Shown here piece by piece: positions 54,745-64,000 of a DNA stretch of 64,000 bases. A program made the translations under genes and the position numbers. The notes beneath the pieces were generated by a model. The model searched no databases. It was given only the letters and a program-made list of their open reading frames with translations, and had not been told where the DNA came from. The stretch is from Stegostoma tigrinum (taxonomy: Eukaryota), in NCBI RefSeq assembly GCF_030684315.1, contig NC_081362.1, positions 16,672,589-16,736,588 of the forward strand. The letters run 5' to 3'. The stretch's first letter is position 1; the number at the start of each line of letters is the position of its first letter.

Positions 54745-55097
54745 TAACTATTCTAAGAGATAACACAGTGTGGAGCTTGAGGAACACAGCAGGCCAGGCA
54801 GCAAAGGTGAAGTTTCGGGTCAGGACCTTCTTCAGAAATTATGAAAGTCTGTGTTGGATTGTGTCATTAACTTTAACCTTTTCCCTTTAAATGTGGAAAT
54901 TCAAAGGCAGGATTAACTTTTCATTCACTCACCCAGCATAGGCGTCACTCGCTAAACCAGCATAAACCAAGAAGGGTCCCAACCCGAAACATCAACTCTC
55001 CTGCTCCTTTGCTGCCTGGCCTGCTGTGTTCCTCCAGCTCCACACTGTTATCTCTGACTCCAGCATCTGCAGTTCTTACTGTCCCTAACTATTCTAA
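54745..55097. mobile_element. Penelope-derived inverted-arm element with 12-bp TSD and a captured 127-bp local sequence in its centre
   Basis: TSD TAACTATTCTAA at 54745 and 55086; centre 54837-54963 matches 54349-54475. Confidence 0.85.
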
Positions 55098-55369
55098 TCC
55101 TATTTTCCAGCACTTGGCCCATAGCCTTGTTTGTGCACCAGTGCACGTCTAAATATTTTTAAAATGTTATGTAGGTTTCTGCCTCTATCACCCTTACAGA
55201 TTCCCACCATCCTATGGATGAAAAATTATTTCTTCACGTGCCCTCTAAACCATCTGCAATTTACTTTAAATCTATGCTCTGGTCTGGGATCCCTCCACCA
55301 AGGGAAAAGTTCCTTCTTGTCTACCCTATCTATGCTCCTCATAAATTTATACATCTCAATCAATGGCCC

Positions 55370-57918
55370 CACCATATATTTTATGAATATGGGAGAGGAA
55401 AGGAAAATAAATTGAAATTATATAAGGTCCAGCATATTTACAACATTATTAAAGGCTAAAGTTTTAGATCTGAAAGAAAACAACAGAAATGATGTAAGTA
55501 GAAATATTGCAGAACAAAGACAACAGTGTGGAGCTGGAGGAACACAGCAGGCTAGGCAGCATCAGAGCAGCAGGAAAGTTGATGTTTCGGGTCAGGACCC
55601 TTCTTCAGAAACAGCTCTCGGGGCATACAGAAAATTTCCATGGCAGCCACAAAACAGCTGAATGAAAATCTCTTGCAAGAAAATGTTGAGAAAAATCCAA
55701 GTAACAGTTTATTTGTACAAGGAAGTGGTTTAGACTAACATACACAAACGTATCAATGGTTTAAACGTTTAAATACGTTAGCCAAAGGACAAGTGTATAA
55801 TCTGTTCAATTTGCTCAGGTATAAGTTCCCATAGCTTAGCTCCAATTATAATAATAAATGTGACAACTTCAAAAGCTATTTCAAGAACTGCATCTGTTCA
55901 CATTCAAACATCGCAAATCTACTTTAATAGCTTTTGGAGTGTGGGGATTCCCCATTGTTTTTATCAAAAAAAAGTAGTCTGTTATATGCTTCTAAAAGAA
56001 CTTAGTTCAGTGGCTGTCACCCAGATGTCCTTGCCCTTGTGGAATTAATGAGGTGTAAACGAATCATGCTAATTTTCTTTAATATTTCAATCCGTGCAAA
56101 CCGATATCTACTTCTGCCACTAAAAAGGAATCAAATAGAAAAATTTACAATTTTCCCTGTTCCCTAAATCAGTTCATTAAACAAGACAAAGTTTACTACA
56201 GGACTCTTATTTTAAGTGAATTTAGGTAATTCACAGTGAAGTCAGTCCCCAGTTCCATAACGGTGTCCTTCCCACATTCACTACAGTGTTTGTTTCTGAT
56301 CTGGACTGGGTGCCTGGAAGACAGACTTGCCCAAGGAAGTAAAATGATAAGCACAATTTTGGGAATTCAAGTCATTGCCCATCTTCCACACATGACCTAT
56401 GATCTAGGATGTCAAACTCCTCCTCAGGTCACCAGCGCTAAATACGTCAATCTTCAGCAGATTAGCATCACTCCATTTGAGATAGATAGCCAGCGAGGAA
56501 TAAAACTGGAGCCTAACTAATACATTTTTTTGTGCAGAGACACCCAGTTGAAACACGCACCTTCAAAATGCAACAAACAGTTGTTTTGATCTGCTATAAC
56601 GTGTAGTGGCACAAGGGAGTAAGGGATAAACTAAGAAACTACAGGCAGGTCAGTATAAACTCAGTGGTAGGGAAACTATTGGAAGTAATTCTGAGGGTCA
56701 GAATTAATCAGCATTTTGAGAGGCAGGTATTAATCAAGAACAGACAGCATGGTTTGTTTTATGTAAATCATGTCCGACCAACCTTAAGGATTTTTTTCAA
56801 AGAGGTGACCAGGTATGTATACAAGGACAATGCATTTGACATTGTCCACTTAGACTTCTGCAAAGATTTTGATAAGGTCCCATATGGGAGACTGATTAGT
56901 GAAGCTAAGAATCAATGGGATCTAAGGCAATTTGGCAAATTGGATGCAGCATTAGTTGAGTGACAGGACGCAGAGGGATGAGGTCGACGGGTGTTATTCT
57001 GGCTGGCAGCCTGTGTTCTGTGGGGTTCTGCTGGGATCGATTTTGCAGTCCTTGCTGTTTGTGGTATATATAAAGAATTCAGACTTTTGAATTCAGGAAG
57101 GTTGATCAGTAAGTTTGTAGATGGTACGAAAATTGGTGGGGTGGTAAATAGTGAGGAAGATAGCCTGACGTTACAGAAGGATATAGATGGGCTGGTTAGA
57201 TGGACTGACGAATGGCAAATGGAATTCAATCCAGATAAGTGTGAAGTGATGCACTTAGGCAGGATAAGCAAAGCAAGAGAACATACAATGAACAATAGGG
57301 TCCTGGAAGGCACTGAGGATCAAACAGACCTTGGTGTACATGTCCATCAGTCCCCTTAAGTTAGTAGGATAGATAGATAAAGTGGTTAAGGTGGCAAATG
57401 GGAAACTTGCCTTTATTAGCCGAAGCACTGAATTTAAGAGCAGGGAGGTTATGGTGGCACTGTATAAAATATTGATTAGACCAGAGGCGGAATATGCTGT
57501 GAAGCTCTGGAACCTACTTTATAGGAAAGATATGATTGCATTGGAGGGGGAGAAGTGGACATTCGCCAGAATTTAACCAGGCCTGAAGAGTTTTAGTTAA
57601 GAAGGAGGATAGGACAGATGGGTTGTTTGCCTTGGAACCAAGGTGACCTAACGGTTTCTGTATGCCCCAAGAGCTATTTCTGAAGAAGGGTCCTGACCCG
57701 AAACATCAACTTTCCTGCTGCTCTGATGCTGCCTAGCCTGCTGTGTTCCTCCAGCTCCACACTGTTGTCTTTGTTCTGCAATATTTCTACTTTCATCATT
57801 TCTGTTATTTTCTTTCAGATCTAAAACTTTAGCCTTTAATAATGTTGTAAATATGCTGAACCTTATATAATTTCAATTTATTTTCCTTTCCTCTTCCATA
57901 TTCATAAAATATATGGTG
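55370..57918. repeat. 264-bp inverted repeats (55370-55633 and 57655-57918) flanking an inverted 2-kb segment
   Basis: About 6 substitutions between arms; each arm contains a Penelope-type terminus with CTGAAGA...GAAACATC. Confidence 0.9.
56615..57650 (+). mobile_element. CR1 LINE RT fragment (5' partner of the minus-strand fragment ending at 55363)
   Basis: LDFCKDFDKVPYGRL, SKFVDGTKIGG, WQMEFNPDKCEVMHLG. Confidence 0.9.
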
Positions 57919-57929
57919 TGACAAGGCTG

Positions 57930-58170
57930 CATTTATGATACCTCCAAACAGTATGCCACTATGAAACGCCTTCTACTTCTTTCCTGTGTATATTCTGAGG
58001 GATTAGTCCACCCTTCTGTTACGCTAACACTTCGTCATAATACCTTTCCATGCAATTTAGAAGGTCTAACACTGGCTCCTTTTCTTCCTCCCTCTAAACT
58101 GTCCAAGGCCCCAAATGCACCTTCTAAGTGAAACAGCAATTTATTTGCATAGTACTTTTAATCTAGTTGT
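57930..58170 (+). mobile_element. Penelope-like ORF remnant upstream of the GIY-YIG motif
   Basis: TFPCNLEG-NT...VQGPK...VKQQF...NLV degenerate peptide. Confidence 0.55.
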
Positions 58171-58759
58171 GTTATGATCCCAGCAGATGTTATAACCAGA
58201 CAAATCAGATCCCAGATGTGATCCAACTTGAAAGGTCATAACTTTGTTTTGGTTTCAACAAAGTGGTCTCTCACTGAAGCACAGCATGCAATGCGGCAGA
58301 TTTTGTGTTCATAACAAGATGGAAGTTTATTACAAATAGAATGAATTTAAAATAGAGTAATCCAAACTATCTACTTATAATATTAAGTGTGTGATTTTTG
58401 ACACACTGTAAAAGTATAATCCCAATAATCCGGAAATATTCCTTTAATTGAAAAGAAACAAAACAGCTTTTGTGTAATATCCACCAAAACACTCGAGCAC
58501 AGATCTCGAAGAACTATTCTGGGTATAGTACATAAAACACCATTTGTATAATACACCAGTGTCCCTTTATCTAACACAGTGGTTTTAAGTGACTTGGGAC
58601 TTTAACTGTTAAACTGGAACTCCAATAGCTGCTTCCTGGTGTTGCCATACACTTGAGCTTCCTGCACTTAGTTTAAGCACCCACCTCCGGTCTTTATTCT
58701 CAAAGAATGTGAGCAAATTTGTCAAATTTTGTTTACTTTTTACAAAACCAGGTTGAGAC

Positions 58760-59830
58760 TGTCAGATTGCATGTAGTTTTTCTAAATATCCTGACATTTC
58801 TTCTTTACTAATGGACTCTAACATTCTTCCAGTGATAGATGTTAGGCTAACTGGCCTATAGAATCCTGCTGTCTGTCTCCCTTCCTTCTTGGATGGGGGC
58901 ATCATATTACTGGTTTTCCAATTTGCTAAAGGCCTTCCAGAATCCAGGAAGTTCAAGAGTGTTTTGCTCTGTGCAGCCATTTCCTAACTGAAAGAGAGGC
59001 AAATAGAACGGTCGAGAAATAGCAACTGGTGCCTGTGAATCAAAGTCCCACTTCCCCCACATACTAATCTTTGATCTGTACATTTATCTCTCTTAAGATA
59101 TTTACCCTATGCCAGTTTGCATGTGGCTTAGGTAGCATTCTTAATTATTACCTTCGTGGTAATGCTTTTTAAATTTAGCCTTAAACTGCTCATAATCCCA
59201 CAGCAGAATCTCATTCCCAGTCCTATCAATATCATTCATACTTATGAGCTCCATGATAACTGAATCTTCCCCCTTGCACCCAAAAGTTCTTCTCTAGCCT
59301 AAAAGAGATGCCTTAGCCTTGGGGACAGGGAGGCAACGCAGTCTTTGGGACTCTTGTTTTGGCTGCAGAGAACAGTATCGATTCTCCTAACTTTGCTATT
59401 CCCTATTACTCATACATTTTTCTTTTGCCCCCCCAATTGAAAGGGACTCCGTACTATGATGCTGTGGTCAGTTTGCTCATCTTTCCTGTAGTCTATGCCC
59501 GCATTCACACTGGGAGCAAGAACTTCATACCTGATGTGCAAAGGCGCTGGCTGAGGCTTCTTCAAAGCTAAATTCTGGATCCCCTCACTCACAGAAGCAC
59601 CATCCTGCCCCTGATCATGGATCAGATTTGATGTAATTAATTTAAGGGTGTGACTGTCTCCTGAAACAGTGTCCAGATAACTCGCTCCTCTCTAGTGTGC
59701 CTCCATATCCACAGCGCAGACTTCAGCTCAACAACTCTTGAACTGAAATTCCTCAAACAGCCAACATTTGCTTTGGATGTTGTCACTGTGGATTACACCA
59801 GCATTGTCACTTTCCACATATTACAGCCAC
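58760..59830 (-). mobile_element. CR1 LINE fragments (RT start and 5' region)
   Basis: NWKTSNMMP-SKKEGRQTAGFYRPVSLTSITGRMLESI. Confidence 0.75.
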
Positions 59831-60339
59831 ATTACATTGCCTTCATAGCATCCTTCTATGTCACTTAGATATACCTTTGCTCTGAGTTTTTGGCTATTTT
59901 CTTAAACATCTGCCATTTTTCCTCAAATCACTTTTTCTGCTGATCTCCTTTCCCAGTGAGCTCCAGCTAACTTCGCTGCATTCCTTTGTATTTACCCACA
60001 GCAATCATATTAATATCATCCCTCTATCGTAAGTACAGGGTTACTTCTTTAAAATATCTGAGTTCTAACCCCAGTAAATTTCATTTGCTGATTAGAATCT
60101 GGAAGAAGATCGAAAAACCAGAAAAGAATGAGGAAAGGCAGAACAACAAGAGAAGGGAAAAGCAAGTGAAGAAGCAAGTTGAGTAAAGAACTTAACATGT
60201 TGATGAGAGGGAAAAACAAATAAAGGGGGATGAAAGGAGAGTGAAAGTGAAGGAACAAAAGGATATATAATTGAAAGAGGCAAATAGAATGGTCAAGAAA
60301 TAGCAACAGGTGCAATCAGCCTGTCTCAGTTCTAATAAG

Positions 60340-61330
60340 TATTGGCTGGTGAAGATATTGAAGTTGGTATTGTGTGTACGGAATTTCAAAAGACATTTGA
60401 TAAAGTGCTTACAATGGACTTTGTAGAAAAATTGAAAGCAAGAGCAAAAGGAGCAGTGGATTCAAGGACAGAAAGCAGAGCTGCAGTGAGCAGCTGTTTT
60501 TTCAGACTGAAGAATAATGTACAGGGATGGCTCCTGGGCATCAATTTTAGGATCACTGTTTTTAATGTATAACAATAACTTAAACTTAGATATACAGGGA
60601 ATAATTTGAAAGTTTGCAAATGACACAAAACTCAGAAATGTAGTAAGCGATGAGGAGGACTGTAATAGACCCCAGAAGACATTGAAAGTCTGGTGAAATG
60701 GGCAGATGTGGGAAATGCAGTCTTAATGCAGAGAAGTGCGATGTGTTGTGTTTTATTTGGAAGAACGAAGGGAGGCAGTATAAACTATTATATTTGATAA
60801 TGCAGTTTTGATTAAGTTGAATGAACGGGGAAACCTGGGGTTTATGTACATAATTCACAGCATCATGGCAAGTTTAGGAGGCTGTTAACACATTCAGGCT
60901 CCATGACTTTTTATACAGACCTAGACTACTAAAGCAAAAATGATTTTCTGACCTTTCATAAATTACTGATTCAACCTTGAATTGAGCATCACGTTCACTT
61001 CATAGAGGAGACTTTCTAGAATTGTACTGGGGGTTTGGTATTCGAGTTACAATCAAAAAATAAACTGTGTGGCTTTCGGAATGGTGATCTTAAAGGGGAA
61101 ATTAATAGATTTTCTAAAAACCATAAAAGATTCTGATGCAGTAAGTCAGGAGAAACTGAATCCACTGCTTGAGGATCAGAAATGGGACAGTATGCATTTC
61201 AAAGTATTGGCAAAAGTATCAATGATGAGCTTAGGAGCCTTTTTTTTGAGTTCCTGCAATGTGGAATGCACTGCCTGAAAGGGAGGTGGAAGCAGATTCA
61301 ACAATAACATCCAAAAGGAAATTGGTCAGA
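60340..61330 (+). mobile_element. Decayed CR1 LINE
   Basis: EFQKTFDKVL, KFANDTKL and WNALPEREVEADS remnants. Confidence 0.8.
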
Positions 61331-62779
61331 TAGGGAAATGTTTATTTCTCCAAAAGGAAACTTTACAGCTAAATTCTTGTACTCTCCTGTAGCTTCCTTT
61401 TAATGCATGGTGTTGGGGGGGGGGGTGGTGTGGTGCGGGGAATGGGGGAAAAGTCAAATGTCAACTTCCCAGAAGTTTTTTCCGAAATTAGCCCAAGGTT
61501 ATTTTCTGTCTTTCTTTATCTTCCCAGGAGACTGAGAAACTGCAGTGCGAAGAAAGGAGACAGTTTGAAATAAGTTAGGCTGAAACAGTCCTTTTTCATA
61601 TACTTATCTGTGCAAATACATTTTTTGGATGGATTTCAGAAATACTACTGCATTGCAAGCTGGTATAACATACCTAACTTGCAGAGAGTTAGATTTTAAT
61701 TTGAAGTTCTTCCAAATCAAAAACACAAATTTAATTGATGTAGTTTTCCAAACTATTTTCAACGAAATCCTAGGATGTTGGAAGAAAAACATTGGGTGAA
61801 ATCTTCCCAGGCCTGAACAGTGTGGGCAGCGACAAGATCAGAAAAATGAGATTCACAACGTCAAAGAATTAAAGTCCAGTGTTCCATACAAGATTTTAAC
61901 AGCAAAATGAGAACCTCAGTGAGTAGCAACGGTACTATTTCCTTGCATTAAAATCTCATTTATTGCCTAATCTTACCCCATTTAGTAATAACTTATTTTG
62001 AATGGGTCAACTAACAGAAGAAGGATAGGAGATGACATCAGCATTGTGACATGGTTTACTGCAGCTGGGAATGGAGTCATCGACGATCACTACTGCCCTG
62101 GCTTCAACAAGAGGACAGTACAGCATGATAGTTGGCATCACTAAGCAGTATTAGAGCAAGGCCAATTTTGATGGTATTAGACAAGAGCTTTCAGAAGTTA
62201 ATTGGGGTAAGCTGTTCACAGGTAAGGGGATGACTGACAAGCAAGAGGCTTTCAGAAGTGTGATAATGAGAGTTCAGAGACAGTATGTTCCTGTTAGAGT
62301 GAAAAGTGGTAGGAATTCTGGATGAATGGTTTTATTAACATTCTGGTCAGGAAAAGGAAGGAGGCTTTAGTCAGGTACAGATAGCTGGGATCAATCCCTT
62401 GAGGAGCAGAGGGAGAGAGAGGGGTATGGATACTGCCAGACTTGAGCTTTTCCAGCAACTTCTGTTTTCATTCCTGTTTTGTTCCTGTTGTTCACCATAT
62501 ACATTCATTGGATCCATAGGTCACAGTTCCAGCCACACTAGAGCAGTGTATACAAAGACACTAAGAAACTGAGGAGGAACTAACCAATAAGCAAACCTAG
62601 GGCAAGCAGAAACCTCCTACTGCTATCAAATAGCCTCCACAAGAAGTTGAATCAAAATGCCCCCTCAAAATGCAGAATAGATACAGGAGGTACAAAGTTT
62701 ATTGTCCTGTATGTGACTTCCTCAAGACAAGTATGTGTATCGCTGCCACAGACTGTGGATGACCTGGGAGACCATAATA

Positions 62780-63670
62780 GAATGCTGACTGAGGATTTGT
62801 GAACTGAAGGGTTGGCAGGCAATTCTATCCCAATGATAGTCAAGAGACAGTTACAGTAAATCTGCATGCAATTGCCTGCTTGCAAGGATCCACTGGGGAT
62901 CTGTGTGGAATATCTCAATCCTCAACAAACAAATGTATCAATGCTATTACCAATGCAATTTGTGTCATCATCATCACCACCACACTGCTTCATCTAAATT
63001 ACCTGTGATGACGTCTGTACTGCCACCCATGCAGTAGGTTTTGCCAACTTAGCTGGTTCCCCCAGCTGCAGGAGTCGAAAGCACCATATCCTAATGTGGA
63101 TGACTTCATCTATAGACCAGGATTCTATATGGTCAGTGTAAAAGTCATCTGTGATTATCACAATAATCATTTTGGAGATGTGTGCCAAGCATCCTGAAAA
63201 CTGCCATGATGCCTGTATCCTTGACAAGTCAGGTTCTTGCTACATTTTGAGGGCCAGGTATCCAAGAAAAATGGCCCTTGGGAGATGAGGGCTACCCGCT
63301 GCAACTGTAGCTGACGTCTCTGTTTTGCAACTCTGACTGAGGCCAGGCACGGATACGATGAAACCCGTTATTTCAGTAAGGATATGATCTGGCAGATAAC
63401 AGGCCTGATGAAGGTGAAGTTATAGTGGTTGGATTGGTCTAGAGGTGCCTTATGGTAACTCCTCAGACAGTGAGTTCTGCATAATCCATGCATGCTGCGC
63501 TCTACATAACTGGAACAGGCAAAAAGAGGATTGATGGATGTTGAAGACCTGGGGGAACAACAACAGGCTTTTGTGCAGGAAGATGAGCACATAGAATGGG
63601 AAGAACATCACCTTCACCATGATAGAACATTGCAGAGTCAGACACAACGAACGAGACAGAACTTGATTGA
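62780..63670 (+). mobile_element. PIF/Harbinger transposase fossil (HARBI1-like), with stops and frameshifts
   Basis: GFANLAGSPQ, FIYRPGFYMVSVKVICD, HPENCHDACIL, WPLGDEGYPL, RYDE and ACCALHN, followed by an acidic tail, match DDE_Tnp_4 motif order. Possible left end near 61794. Confidence 0.8.
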
Positions 63671-64000
63671 CACACAAGATTTGTCTTGCAAGACGTCATT
63701 ATTCATTGACCGTAATTTTTTTTCAAAAGGTAGACAGCCCCTGTTTAACCCCAGAAGCAAATGCAGTTTTTTCTTTGGTTTTCTTATAAGTTAATCGGAG
63801 TTAATGTTAACGACTGCTTGAATACTTTGCAACATAAATGTGAAGCTCCCAGTCAGCAATGAACATGCACTATGTCATTATTAGAGTATTATATAGGGTA
63901 TTATAGGAAAACACAGCACTCCTTTCTAACATGGTATGGTGCTAAGGGTGGGTTGCCTTTGTAGCTACAGTTACAATCACAGTTGATCAGACAGGTGATG

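Noticed and set aside
59986-60315. K/E-rich and F/L-rich ORFs
   Set aside because: Purine-rich low-complexity tract with no splice-site support.
61500-61580. Strong polypyrimidine tract and AG (TTCTTTATCTTCCCAG) as a candidate next RMND1 exon
   Set aside because: Does not encode the expected DLM-CTAFATA segment, hits stops quickly and has no convincing donor.

Overview
Vertebrate genomic DNA, most likely a shark (inferred from the HE1/V-SINE, CR1/L2 and Penelope-like repeat complement). It is the CCDC170-ARMT1-RMND1 block that lies next to ESR1 in human 6q25.1, here in reverse orientation. ARMT1 is complete on the minus strand: 5 phase-consistent coding exons from 40853 to 20828, 452 aa. RMND1 is head-to-head with it on the plus strand, sharing a CpG-rich promoter; only its first coding exon (46417-46827) was found. 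Three phase-compatible minus-strand exons (12611-12483, 10112-10036, 725-698) are the probable 5' end of CCDC170. The rest is mostly decayed LINE, SINE, Tigger and Harbinger sequence. The most unusual signal is a set of short Penelope-derived elements carrying hammerhead-ribozyme motifs, inserted as palindromes with 10-14 bp target-site duplications (TSDs). Alongside them are several young local templated duplications, a fold-back, a 2-kb inversion and a 33-kb-distant duplication with an apparent conversion tract. All alignments were done by eye and repeat boundaries are approximate.
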